In this document: positions 1 through 12,310 of the stretch, in pieces
Layout: each line of letters starts with the position of its first letter
How positions within the stretch are numbered: the stretch's first letter is position 1
Assembly (NCBI GenBank): GCA_950097015.1
Contig: CATNEN010000033.1
Coordinates: forward strand, 2,976,001-3,040,000
DNA from: Macrostomum hystrix
Taxonomy: Eukaryota; Animalia; Platyhelminthes
Reading direction: 5' to 3'
Length of the DNA stretch: 64,000 nt
Program-made: the position numbers and the translations under genes
Notes under the pieces: generated by a model
What the model was told of the DNA's origin: nothing
What the model saw: the letters and a program-made list of their open reading frames with translations, nothing else
Database searches by the model: none

Positions 1-419
1 CGATCTTCGCGCTGACAGCAAGTGGCTTGCAGACGCTGAGGGTGGAGATGACCTCCTGGGACAATCTGAGCTACTTCTGCGAGCACCCGAACTTCACTGT
101 GCAGAGCGGTCTCACGAACTACACCATGACAGTGTCTCCGTTCCTCAGTGACCGCTGCAGTGTCAACAATGACGCCCTGCTGTACCACTCCGGCATGCAG
201 TTCTCCACCATCGATGTCGACAATGACGCAGTTGGCGGGCAGGCCTGCGCCAGCGTGCGGGGCGGGGGCGGCTGGTGGTACCGCAGCTGCATGATGCCAA
301 ATCCCACTGGAATCTACTCACATGAGTACATTTACTTCAGGAGCAACATGTTCTGGAAACTGCAGTCTGGTGATGTGCCAATGAGGCAGATAAGGCTGCT
401 GCTGCGCATAGTTCTGTGA
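1..419 (+). CDS. Fibrinogen C-terminal domain (FReD) protein, 3' part; 5' end truncated by the window
   Basis: Frame is open from position 3 (IFALTASGLQTLRVEMTSWDN...). It contains FReD hallmarks HSGMQFSTIDVDND, CA...GGGGWWYRSC and NPTGIY, and stops at 417-419. Confidence 0.9.
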   Translation, partial: IFALTASGLQTLRVEMTSWDNLSYFCEHPNFTVQSGLTNYTMTVSPFLSDRCSVNNDALLYHSGMQFSTIDVDNDAVGGQACASVRGGGGWWYRSCMMPNPTGIYSHEYIYFRSNMFWKLQSGDVPMRQIRLLLRIVL

Positions 420-1367
420 CGTCAGTTCAAATTCCTACTTTGCAACAATAGTACAGGGACAGTAAAACTGCGCATTTTCTCTCTTACACAGCAATGACAG
501 TTTTCAGAGTAGTAAAGCTACTTGGCATAAAACAGCGGCCAAAACCTTTGCTAGGGAATGCATTTTTCTTAAAAAATAATTTGTTGTCTAATTGCTGCTC
601 TGTCCCAGGCCGTCTGTGTGCACAAAATTAATGAGCATTAATGAGACTTTAGGTATTTCTTTTTTCCGCCACCTCCTTCGCGTTCTCTATTTTCCTCTCA
701 CTCTTCTCTGTGTCACTATGGAAACCAACTGTTTTCCCTGTCTTAGAGTGTTTGTCAACTTCACCGACAGCAAGCCTGCTTTTTCGGCTAATGAAGAATA
801 CATTGATACTCAATACTCAATAGACTACTCGCAGTAGCAAGCACAGAAAATTGGCGACAAAGTTCGATGGCATCCTCTGTCAACCAGTCAATGTGAGTAA
901 GTGTTCCGATATATACTGGGCTAACAATCTATCTGCCCTCTAATCCTTTTTACTTCCTGCCTATTTCCCAAACTTTATATTCAATGTGGATAAACTCTAT
1001 CATCGACAAATGACAAATGAAACGACAAATAAACGCGCAGAGGTGGCAAAAAAGTATGCGGCATGGAGAATCTTATCACCTGCACAGGATCAGGCAGTCT
1101 GCTTCTGAGCACTTTTATTCAGCAGCGCACAGGTGGTCTCAGTTGCTAGGGAGCGAGTTGCACTAGCATTCCGAACATTTCAGTGCCTGAGCACGGCACA
1201 GGTTGGAGATGCGAGTCAGTTAAAAGCGGTTAAATAATGACCTGACTAAGTAAATTCGCTGAGAGCCGTACATCGAAAAGGGTAAAGTCATAGAGGACAA
1301 ATGTGCTAAACTTTCATTAATAATACATACAAAAGTTTCTCCAATGCCAGGGCACTAAAACTAAAAC

Positions 1368-1585
1368 ACTCTCTCCCTCTCTCTTGCTATTGGCTGGCGA
1401 GCCACCCTCTCTCCTTTCACTCTCTCCCTCTCTCTTGCTATTGGCTGGCGAGCCACCCTCTCTCCTTTCACTCTCTCCCTCTCTCTTGCTATTGGCTGGC
1501 GAGCCACCCTCTCTCCTTTCACTCTCTCCCTCTCTCTCTTGCTATTGGCTGGCGAGCCACCCTCTCCCCTTTCACTCTCTCCCAA
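1368..1585. repeat. 51-bp minisatellite, about 4 copies
   Basis: Unit ctcttgctattggctggcgagccaccctctctcctttcactctctccctct recurs at 1381, 1432, 1483 and 1536. Confidence 0.9.
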
Positions 1586-1719
1586 TGCACATTCCGACTA
1601 GTTCGCGCTTGCTTATCTTATTCACACGTGAGTCGCTAACAATTACACCAATACAAATGGTAAATTTGAAAAGCTCATTCTTAGCCTATTTACGACACGA
1701 CGAAATCCGCAGACGAAAC

Positions 1720-2060
1720 TACCCACCACCCCATAGATTGCACCCACCACCCATAGATTTCACCCACCACCCCATAGATTGCACCCACCACCCATAGATT
1801 TCACCCACCACCCCATAGATTGCACCCACCACCCCATAGATTGCACCCAACACCCCATGGATTGCATCTACCACCCCATGGATTGCATCTACCACCCCAT
1901 GGATTGCACCACCACCCCATAGATAGCACCCAACACCCCATGGATTGCATCTACCACCCCATGGATTGCATCTACCACCCCATGGATTGCATCTACCACC
2001 CCATGGATTGCATCTACCACCCCATGGATTGCATCTACCACCCCATGGATTGCACCCAAA
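1720..2060. repeat. 21-bp minisatellite, about 16 copies, with a variant gradient
   Basis: acccaccaccccatagattgc grades into atctaccaccccatggattgc along the array. Confidence 0.9.
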
Positions 2061-2806
2061 AAATTGCACCACTCCAATAAAACTGGCCAACTCGGACAGC
2101 CATGCATTTTTATCTCCAATCCATCAAAGCGCCTGATGACAGTTTAAACATGAATGCCATGCAGCACATCCAGCTCATACTTACTCGAGAAACTGTCCAG
2201 AGCACCCTGGCACAAGCCATGTTGAAAAAGCATGGACCTGGCCCTGGCCGCAGAAAAAGAACTTTTAAAAAGTTTGCGGAGGGCCAAAGCTCTCATACAC
2301 TCTTTCCTGCGATCAGAAAGTGCAGATTCAGGCGCTAGTGGTGGCTGAGCTTCCGCCAAAGTGTCCCATTTCTGTGACACCCCAGTTTGAGATGGTCCCA
2401 TTGTGAGTTGCAGTACGGATCAATGATAAAACTGGCTAGAAAACAAGCCACGCACAGTGATTTATTTACGTAAAAGCACTTTCCGTTAGTTGATGATTCA
2501 AGCCAATAAGAATGTACTTTAAAAATGCTGCGAGAAATATATTTAACCTGCGTTCAGCCAAATTGACACGTGTGCTGTCATGTGTCAATCATGGGATCAA
2601 TGATGTTTCTTCTGCTCAGAAGATTAAGCTTCGAGCTTCGGGACAAAAATGCTATATTTTTGTAGTTACATTTTCTTGCAATTTGAATAATTTTGAATCG
2701 ATCCAGCGAGTAGTAGTTTTATTTCACTGATAAAAGTCAGATTCCACATAATTTTACGAAATTGACGTAACAAATATTTAAGTTTTATATTTAGTAGCGA
2801 CACTGG

Positions 2807-3360
2807 GACACATGACAGAGTGACACATGACAGAGTGACACATGACAGAGTGACACATGACAGAGTGACACATGACAGAGTGACACATGACAGAGTGACA
2901 CATGGCAGAGTGACACATGACAGAGTGACCCATGACAGAGTGACACATGGCAGAGTGACACATGACAGGGTGACACATGGCAGAGTGACCCATGACAGAG
3001 TGACACATGGCAGAGTGACACATGACAGAGTGACACATGACAGAGTGACACATGACAGAGTGACACATGACAGAGTGACACATGGCAGAGTGACACATGA
3101 CAGAGTGACACATGGCAGAGTGACACATGACAGGGTGACACATGACAGAGTGACACATGACAGAGTGACACATGACAGAGTGACACATGGCAGAGTGACC
3201 CATGGCAGAGTGACACATGGCAGAGTGACACATGACAGAGTGACACATGGCAGAGTGACACATGACAGAGTGACACATGGCAGAGTGACACATGACAGAG
3301 TGACACATGACAGATTGACACATCGCAGAGTGACACATCGCAGAGTGACACATGACACAT
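2807..3360. repeat. 15-bp minisatellite, about 37 copies
   Basis: Unit gacacatg(a/g)cagagt. It explains the repetitive ORFs at 2666-3416. Confidence 0.95.
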
Positions 3361-3449
3361 TAGCGAGAAATATTCTAGACTTTTCTAGCAATACAGGAGA
3401 AACTAATTATTATTAAGAAAATTCTGATGAGAAATGGGATTGTGACACA

Positions 3450-3524
3450 GGGTGCCATCCTGTGTGATACACGGAGTGACATCCTGTGTGATACACGGAG
3501 TGACATCCTGTGTGGCACACGGAG
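3450..3524. repeat. 24-bp repeat, 3 copies
   Basis: catcctgtgtgatacacggagtga x3, just 3' of the GPCR stop. Confidence 0.8.
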
Positions 3525-3631
3525 TATTGCAGGCAGCGGAGGAAATGAAAAATAATGTTTAGTCTGTTCTAGACACGAGGGACAGGTTAATGAGGCTCGA
3601 ATCCCGTGGAAAGACACCCGTCAGATGCAAG

Positions 3632-4807
3632 TCAGAGCGAGCACCTCTTGGAGTACAGGCCCCTGAGCTCCGAGCGGAACTTCGGGTTGAACAGCGCATA
3701 GACAGCGAAATTCAGAGACGAGTTCAAGTAGTACAGCCGGTGCAGCGGCGAGTCGCTGATGACGCCGAAGTTGATGAGGATGCCGGGCAGGAGGCTGAGG
3801 TAGAACAGCACGGAGGCACCGAACAGCATCAGGGCCAGGCGCATCGGGAACCAGCCGCCACCAACTGGGGTGCCGATGCGGCGCTCCTCAGCGCTGTCGC
3901 CGGCTGCCGGACAGTCCGAGTCCTCGTCCACCGCCTGATGGCACTCGACGCTGAACTGCACCAGCTGGCCGCGCTGATGACCGTTGGAAGCGGCCGCTTC
4001 AATGGATTCAGCCGCCTCCGCCGCTTCTGCCAGCTCCGCCACTGGCGTGGTGGCTCCCGCTGGCGACTGCGATGGAGCCGCTCCGGTGCTGCTGCCGACG
4101 GTGCCACGAGGCCTGCTCCGCCGCTGAGTCGTTAGGCTGTTCAGCGTCTGTCGTGTGTGCTTCCGCCTGTGTGACCTGCGCCGCTCCATGGCGGCCACGA
4201 AGGACAAAATCCGGGCGTACAGGCCAGCCACCAGCACAATGGAGCAGCTGCCCAGAGCTCCGTAGAACACCAGCAGGTAGGCCTCCAGGCGAGTTTTGAT
4301 CTCGCAGTCGTCTTCAATGACGTAGTGAGTGACAACGTTGCCAGTTTCCAGAGCGGCCACCGCGGCACCGCTGAGAAGAAGGGCGGCGACGGTGCGCCTG
4401 AAGGACAGGCCGTCCTGCCGCGCCTTCACTACGCACAGAAACCTGTCGACAGCAATCAGCACAAGCACGCAGCCTTCCAGCTCGAAGGCCGCCTGCCGAG
4501 ATGACAGAATGACGGTGCCCAAGAAGTGCCACCGAAGTCGGCCGCCCGTGGCGTACTCGGCGTAGACCCGGTAGCAGTCAAGCGGCAGGATCAGGCCGGA
4601 GATGGCCAGGTCCAAGCAGCTGAGAAACAGCACCAGAAAGCGAAGGCTTCTCTCCCGGCTGGAGCGGAACACCAGCATCACGTGCGCGTTGCCAATGACG
4701 CCGATGACGCCAAGGACGGCGTAGGAGGCCAGCGAGGCGTGGGCGGCCCCGGCCGAGCTGAGCACAGAGTGCTCAGTGCAGTTCACATCAGCGAATGTCG
4801 TTGCCAT
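3632..4807 (-). CDS. Intronless orphan rhodopsin-like (class A) GPCR, 391 aa
   Basis: Seven hydrophobic segments with GN (TM1), LSCLDL (TM2), AVDRF (TM3), LYARI (TM5), a long low-complexity ICL3, and NSSLNFAVYALFNPKFR (TM7/helix 8). N-glycosylation site NCT in the N-terminus. Confidence 0.9.
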   Translation of the reverse strand: MATTFADVNCTEHSVLSSAGAAHASLASYAVLGVIGVIGNAHVMLVFRSSRERSLRFLVLFLSCLDLAISGLILPLDCYRVYAEYATGGRLRWHFLGTVILSSRQAAFELEGCVLVLIAVDRFLCVVKARQDGLSFRRTVAALLLSGAAVAALETGNVVTHYVIEDDCEIKTRLEAYLLVFYGALGSCSIVLVAGLYARILSFVAAMERRRSHRRKHTRQTLNSLTTQRRSRPRGTVGSSTGAAPSQSPAGATTPVAELAEAAEAAESIEAAASNGHQRGQLVQFSVECHQAVDEDSDCPAAGDSAEERRIGTPVGGGWFPMRLALMLFGASVLFYLSLLPGILINFGVISDSPLHRLYYLNSSLNFAVYALFNPKFRSELRGLYSKRCSL

Positions 4808-5013
4808 GCGGGCGTCTGGATTGTGTTTCCTGGCGTCTGTCGCATTGGTGGCTCAGCAACTATCGGCTTGGGGATTTGGGGACTGCGGCTGAACCTCTGA
4901 CTGCCCGCACCCGCCCATTCACAGGCTTCGCTTCATAGCGACCATTTTCTGATTGGCTGTTAGATTTGTCAAATTGCCTCCTCCAGCTGCTCAGCCACCA
5001 GCTAAAACGCAAA

Positions 5014-5279
<266 letters not shown>

Positions 5280-5632
5280 AGTTGGCTCTGATAACTGAAC
5301 TACAATTTTTAAGCTTCAATAAACTTTTCTGCAAAAGTTCCAAACGGATAGTCGATGGCCAGCAACTATCGATCTAAGTGATAGCTCAGAGGCAGGCAGG
5401 GCGGAGGGAGGATGGGACCGAGGAAATGCGCTGCCCCCCACCAGCTTCCTGGTGTGAGGAGGCGCGCAGACAGCGGCTGGCCAGGAAACGATTCGAAAAG
5501 CCAAATCGGCAAATTCTATCGATGCAGGCAGCACGGAGTAAGGCAGCCTGCACTGCTAATGTGTCCGTCACGCCAGTCAATACTTTCTGATTCACGTGTG
5601 ATTTTCCTGTGCGCGAAATGGCCTGCTTTAAA

Positions 5633-6399
5633 GACTCATGTGTTCTCTGTCATAAACTCATGTGTTCTCAGTCATAGACTCATGTGTTCTCAGTCATAGA
5701 CTCATGTGTTCTCAGTCATAGACTCATGTGTTCTCAGTCATAGACTCATGCGTTCTCAGTCATAGACTCATGTGTTGTCAGTCATAGACTCATGTGTTCT
5801 CAGTCATAAACTCATGTGTTCTCAGTCATAGACTCATGTGTTCTCAGTCATAAACTCATGTGTTCTCAGTCATAAACTCATGTGTTCTCAGTCATAGACT
5901 CATGTGTTCTCAGTCATAAACTCATGTGTTCTCAGTCATAGACTCATGTGTTCTCAGTGATAGACTCATGTGTTGTCAGTCATAGACTCATGCGTTCTCA
6001 GTCATAGACTCATGTGTTGTCAGTCATAGACTCATGTGTTCTCAGTCATAGACTCATGTGTTCTCAGTCATAGACTCATGCGTTCTCAGTCATAGACTCA
6101 TGTGTTGTCAGTCATAGACTCATGTGTTCTCAGTCATAAACTCATGTGTTCTCAGTCATAGACTCATGTGTTCTCAGTCATAAACTCATGTGTTCTCAGT
6201 CATAGACTCATGTGTTCTCAGTCATAAACTCATGTGTTCTCAGTCATAGACTCATGTGTTCTCAGTCATAGACTCATGTGTTCTCAGTCATAGACTCATG
6301 CGTTCTCAGTCATAGACTCATGTGTTGTCAGTCATAGACTCATGTGTTCTCAGTCATAAACTCATGTGTTCTCAGTCATAAACTCATGTGTTCTCAGTC
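5633..6399. repeat. 22-bp minisatellite, about 35 copies
   Basis: Unit (g/a)actcatgtgttctcagtcata with a 22-bp period. Confidence 0.95.
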
Positions 6400-7658
6400 A
6401 AATGCTGAAATAAAGCCTGAAAGTTAAGCAATTTTATTCGATAAGCTCTACTTTGAGTAGGCCAATGAGAGATGGTCTGTGTGGTTAGATCTTTTTGATA
6501 TTGGCTTGCTTTTATTATCTGATACATTTTGCTCAGAATGATTTCTTAGAAGCCAGTGAGTTTTCGAAGCAGAGCTTGGGCAACTTGTATCCGACTGGCA
6601 TACTGACTCGCTACTCCATGGCGACTACTCAAGATGGCTAAGAAAACACGAACTGCAAGGGGCGTGCCAAACACGAATTGGATTTCAAGCCAGTCACGTT
6701 TTCAAGACCCGATACACATACAGTGCCCGCCTGGCGGCAGAGACCGGTGGAAACAAAAAACACTGTCAAATTATCGAGCTTTAGCTTTATTAGAGACTTC
6801 AAGTTTCAGCAAGTCTCGATAAGATTTTTAGCAACCGATTTGCTCTGATCAGCTCATGAATTTAGACTCGCGAATTCTCAATCACTAATTCTCTGTTGTT
6901 ACTCCTCTCTCCAGGGCCAACAAGTAGAGGCCTGCTGAGCATGGGGGGCCTGGGCAGCGATGCTCCCATGGGATATGCTAACCGTATTAGCATTCACCAG
7001 ACCCACACAACCAGCAAATGGGCTTCTTCTACCAAGCTTCTTCGACGATGCCACTTTTGCTTTCAATTTTTCCGTTTTTGAATTGTGAATAGAAAAATTC
7101 TGCCTTATTGATCCGTGCTCAGCGTCTCATCTACCGGAAGAAGTACTTCACGCACATCGGCTCTGGCGAGTTTCACCAAGGTAGATTTCAGGTCTCTTTG
7201 AGAGAGGCAGAGAAGTCAGCACGGCCTGAGTACATTACCAACCCTCACAGGGCTGACATTGCGAGCGTGGGCTTATCGATCCGCGTCGTGCAGCAGCTCT
7301 GCGGAAGGATGAGGGGGGCCGGGGTTAGGGATGAGTATCCCGGGAGGCTGGGGAGGCGCCCCAGAGTACACAGGGAGGCTGAGTTCTCACTGGGACGGGC
7401 TCACACCAATCTTAGTAACTGAGCGGCGAGAGGCTGAGAGGAGGGGTGAGAAGGGGAAGCAGGCGGGCTCAGCGGCTCAAACGCGCAAACACAAAGTGCC
7501 TCCCTCCTGTAGAGTTCCCCTTCCATTCCAGAATCCCGCTAGGCCGGTTCTGTTTCGCTGCATTTCTCCCGGCGAAAGTGAGAGCCATCCTGTCAGGCGG
7601 GACTCCGGAATTATCTCAGCCAGGGTACAGCAGGACTCCGGGAGCATCCTGGCCAGCG

Positions 7659-10565
7659 ATGACGACAGCAAGCGGAGCGGAGGAGGCGGACGACCTGGAA
7701 TTCGACCAGACTGGCTTCGATCCGTTTTCCAGCGCCTTTGGTGAAGCGGTCGATCTCGCACCCGACGACGAGAATCCGTTCGACGCTGGGGGTGACTTCG
7801 CTGCCGATTTATCTGCAAAGCCAACGTCGAAAACAGCACAGCAAATCCTTGACGAAGCTGAAGCGACGCCGACTCGTCGGGACCGCGGCAGAGGCGTGCT
7901 TCGTCAGGACACACTCTCTGGCAACAATCCGTTCCGGGTCGCCTCCACTGAGGCCGAGGACCCCTTTCTTGCGGCTGCTGCATCATCGCAACTCGTAGCA
8001 GAGGCTGCGGCAGAGGTCGCGGCAGCTGCCGCGGCGGCAGCAGAGTCTGAGGACGAGGCTGCCGAGTTGGAAGCGAATGGCTTCGACCCGCTGTCCACCA
8101 TCTACCCGCAGAGCGACAACAGCGGCGACGAGAGCGTGGCGGCTGCTTCGGTCAGTGTCAAAATCAGGAGAGCTGGCAAGGAGGGGGCGGAGGCGGCGAT
8201 CGCCGTGCCGCACATTCAAGGGCCGCCGTCGCGAGCAGAGGCAAAAGCTGCAGCTGCGGCAGCTGCAGCCGCATTCACTCAATCCGTTAATGAAGACGAC
8301 GATGACGATCGATTCAATCCGTTCAACATCTGCGCCGGCTCAGCCGCTCCATCAACCGCTTCAGCCGCAGAAGATAACATCTGGGGCGAAGCCTCATGCG
8401 GCGGTGGCAGCATCTGCGGTGGTGCAGGCAGCAGCGGCGGAGCAGCCTTCGATGTCGACTGGGCCAGACCGGCATTGGGCGACGCGGACGAGTCTGGCAG
8501 GCGGAGCCGACTTCGCTCCGAGACGCCGCCGATGCCACCCTTTGAGCCCTTCCAACCGGCCTGCATGGGGGACAGCTGGAAGCTGTTCATCCGCATGCCA
8601 GAGACCAAGAAGAAGATAGGAAAGCAGATGAGCAAGTTCACGTCGGACCGCTGGTGGAAGGACATCTTGCTGCGCCTCGTGTGGGAACAGGAGCGACCGA
8701 CTCTGAAGCTGTACAACTTGGAGGATCTGGAGAGTCCGTACCGCTGCATCCGCCTGGAGCCTTTTTTTCAACTGAGCCACGCCAAGCTTCAGCAGTACGA
8801 CAAGTATGGCAAGCTGCACATCTTCAAGGTAAACCTCATCACCTACAAGGAGATGGTTGGCGTGCGCACTGAGAAGTGGTCGCTTAAGACTATCCAGAAC
8901 ATGCTGGCAAAGCCGAAGACCACCGACGTTCTGGACCACATGCCCGTGCGCCAGGAGATCGTGAAGTTCGGCAGCATCAACCAGCACGACATCCGATCGC
9001 TGATGTGGCAGATAGAGGACCTCATGATGCGCACCGCCGTGGCCAGAGACAGGAACAAGGCGCCCGTTGACTACGTCAAAGAGGAGGTCTGTGCCTACGT
9101 TCAGGACGAGTACGAGGCCTCCGTCAACCAGCAGGGCCACATTTTGCGGCAGAAGTCACGCACTCGAGTATTTTTCACAGCCTTCGCCACCGGAATGCCC
9201 TACGTTGAGCTTGGCCTCAACGATAAGTGGCGCTACGGCAACGAGGTGGTGAAGCGCCAGGACATCATTCCCATGCTGCACGATGACTGGATCGACATGT
9301 ACGAGCCGCAGTTCCACTCCGTGGTGGACATGGCGCGCTACGAATGCTCGCACATGATCTGCTTCCATCCACTGGATGCCTGTCGCTTCGAGCTGATGCG
9401 ATTCCGCGTGGCGCTGCGGGAGAACCAGGAGCTGCCAGTGCAGCTCAAGTGCGTTTTCTCCATCGATCAGGACCGTGTGAACATCCGCTGCGACGTCATG
9501 GTGCCGGGATTCTTCAGCAGCACCACCCGGTGCCACGAGGTGCCAGCGGAGGACATCGAGATCCGCATCCCGATCCCAGAAGACTGGGTGTACTTCTTCA
9601 GGCAGGAGGGCAAGTTTAAGTACAACTCGGTGCACTCGGCGCTGCGCAAGCCGGGCCGCATCAAGGGCATCGAGCGGATCACGCAGATGGCGCAGGGATT
9701 TTTCCCGCCCTCCATCATGGAGGCAAACATCGGCGTTGCCAAATATGAACACCTGTACCGAGCCATTGTGTGGCGAATCGCCCGACTGCCGGAGAAACAT
9801 CACGGTGAGACACTTCGGCTCAGTTAAAAACAGGTTTGATACATAGAATAAGAGTAAAAACAAAGAGCTTTCCAAACAACCACCCCAACAGGCGCTTACA
9901 AGTCGCACATGTTTGCCTGTCGACTGCAGCTGGGTCCGCACGACACCGTGCCGAGCTGGGAGGCCCTGGAGCCCAACGCCCATGTCGAGTTCCGCATGCC
10001 GGGCAGCACGGTCTCCGGCTGCACCGTGCGCAGCATTGGCCTGGACCACACCGGCCAGGCTGGCAAGTTCGTGCAGTACACAGCCAGGTACAGCTACAGT
10101 TGGGCCATCTGCTACGAGTTCGGCGAGAGAAAGAAGCCACCAGTGACCAGCGTGCTGGACGAACCGTCCAAGCAGAAACCGAAACAGCAGCAGGAGCAGC
10201 AACAGTCGCAGCCTCCTCCTCCTCCGCCTCCGCCACCAAAGCCGGTGTTCACCGACTTGGAGATTCCGGACGACCCGTTCGCCTGTGCGCCGTCAACGGG
10301 CGGAGACGCCCCCGTCTCGACCAGCAGAATTAGCTCCGCCTTCGACCCGCTGGCCGCAGCGTTTGGATTCGGCTCGGCCTCGGCCGCGTCCCCTCCTCCG
10401 CGACCGCAACCGCCACCCTCGCAGCAGCAGCCGATGAGCATATTCCAGTCGGCACTGCCCGGTGCTCTCAGTGAGCTGCTGGGTCTTCAAGTCGGCGGCA
10501 CAGCCCCTGAAGCAACCAAGGAGGCAGCAAATGCCGATTCAGAGGTCCCGGAGTCGCAGCAATAA
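7659..10565 (+). CDS. stnB: Stonin / Stoned-B-like endocytic adaptor; exons 7659-9804 and 9892-10565 (frame is open from 7446, so the true start may be upstream)
   Basis: Acidic N-terminus with DPF/NPF motifs (FDPF, ENPF, NNPF, EDPF, FNPF), stonin-homology region (WKLFIRMPETKKK...DRWWK) and mu-homology domain (KEEVCAYVQDEY, VELGLND, FHPLDACRFELMRFR, AKYEHLYRAIVWRI). The 87-bp phase-1 intron 9805-9891 (GTGAGA...CAACAG) restores ...EKHHG|AYKSHMFACRL...VEFRMPGSTVSGCTVRS. Confidence 0.9.
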
Positions 10566-12108
10566 TTCAAGTTAGCTGATTCCTCCCAAAGCGCACTTGT
10601 CTTGTTAATTTGGTTGCCAGGTACAAGGCGTTCCAGCGCAATCTAATTTAGTTCAAATATCGACCACTGACTGAGTCAGACAGTTACTGACAGCATACTC
10701 GTCCGTGCCAGTTAGTCATAGCATCAGTCAGACAAAACCCGCCTGTCCGAATGTTAAAAGTGCAACCAGGTGACTCCAGTATTACATCTACTACGATTCC
10801 TGGATCCAATTTAACTGCTTTAGACAGCTGGCAAGCCAAATTAAGGGTAATCTGATAAAAATGTTATATAGTTAATAGTGTGAAGTACAATAGTGAAGTA
10901 CAATTCAAGCTTATGTCATGCAGCCACCCCAGACACCTCTCCACATGACTGTCCATCTGTTTGAAATCAGCCATGCCAGTGCATCAAGCAAACGTTGAGT
11001 GTCTATCATTTAAAAACTGACAATTCATTATGTTTGAGCACGTGATCACAAGGGCTTACTCAAATAGTTTTTTCTTAGAATACTGCTAGCGATTTTCCTA
11101 TGCGAGCTGATTGTTCGATTCGCACTCGCGCTATTGATGTTGTCCCGCTGACTTGCTCGCAGCACAATTTTATTATTTGCAAATTTCCTATTCAATTAGC
11201 TGAGTGAATCGCGTGTGCAGTTGTGCTTTTTCCTAACCCTTATATATCAAACATTTAGTAGCGATGCTAAAATATACTAAAAAACACATTAGTTACCTTC
11301 ACAGCATTCAATACACTGTTTGAATTGACTGAATTTGGTTTTTTAAATTAACAATAATTAATGCATTTGCAACAGAAACTACTTGCAGTAACAATAAATG
11401 TGCACTCACACGCACACCCACATCCATACAAAAACACTTTCGCATACACACACACTTTAACAAACACAATGCGTATATGGTTAACTATATTTAGTATTAG
11501 TGCATAAGTGGAGACTGCATGAAGGTGAAAGCCGTAAAAGCAACGGGATCTATATAGTTGATGCTATAAAGCAAAGCACAATGGAATACTTGAGTAGCTG
11601 TTCATGCGGGTGCTGCAGTTATAGAACTTCTGAAGGTGAGAGTATTGTATGGCCACTGTACAGAACAACAGTGCAGGCCTTCACTCACCTTCTGCGTCAG
11701 GGCAAGCCCACACAAACAAGCGCAGCTAACGTGTATGTGTCAAAGCTCTGCTAGATCACCTACCACAGATAGCGAATGCTGAGTGCGAATTACGGAAGGG
11801 TAATTTACCGATTACATGTACACGTATACTAGCGTCTAGCTGGGACCATAACAATTAGTTGAAATATATAAACTTCAATTGTAAATTTTGTAAACTAAAT
11901 CTATTTGCAATATGCGCATGAAACAAGACTCTATAGTTGACTGCAATATTTGGGGTAAATCTGGGAGGAAACGAAAATTATTGTTGACAATAGTTTCGTT
12001 GACGAAATAAAAAAATAAAATTGTTGGCTCAATATATTTCGTAATTAGCAACTCGATAAAATGTTCTGTCTTAGTCATTCCGACTGCAGATTCCTGTGAT
12101 CTGGAAAC

Positions 12109-12310
12109 TCAGCCCCTGGGACATTTGCAACGCTGATCCTCTGGCACGTCCTTCATCGCCTGCTGAACGTGCTGACCGCAGCCTGAAAATCCCAATTCAA
12201 ACCGAAGGTGTATTAGTTATTGTGTTGCACAAAGCAGTGATAAGTTTGATTGGCCCTTTACCTTTCCAAGTCATCTTGCCGCACTTGTCACATTTGACTT
12301 TCATGCACAT
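12109..12310 (-). CDS. 40-aa Cys/His-rich microprotein, copy 1; exons 12310-12262 and 12182-12109
   Basis: Spliced product MCMKVKCDKCGKMTWKG|CGQHVQQAMKDVPEDQRCKCPRG*. The 79-bp intron 12183-12261 has G|GTAAAG and TTTTCAG| ends. A paralog with the same intron position lies 1.4-2.6 kb away. Confidence 0.88.

Noticed and set aside
1361-3416. Many repetitive ORFs (VTHDR, CHVSL, HPMDCIY and similar)
   Set aside because: They are translations of 51-, 21- and 15-bp minisatellites, open in several frames on both strands, with no coding signature.
5633-6399. CRISPR-like regular repeats here and in other 22-36-bp arrays
   Set aside because: Units are head-to-tail with no unique spacers, there are no cas genes, and the context is eukaryotic.
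6918-7597. Possible upstream coding exons of stonin, or a Stoned-A-like first cistron
   Set aside because: Exon-like 7123-7180 could join in frame at 7597, but I could not link it to a start codon with consistent phase, and no Stoned-A-like repeats are present.
11630-11688. 59-bp minus-strand GTGAGT...TTCAG intron-like segment
   Set aside because: The flanking frames lack a start codon or homology, and a plus-strand donor-like site overlaps it; unresolved without transcripts.
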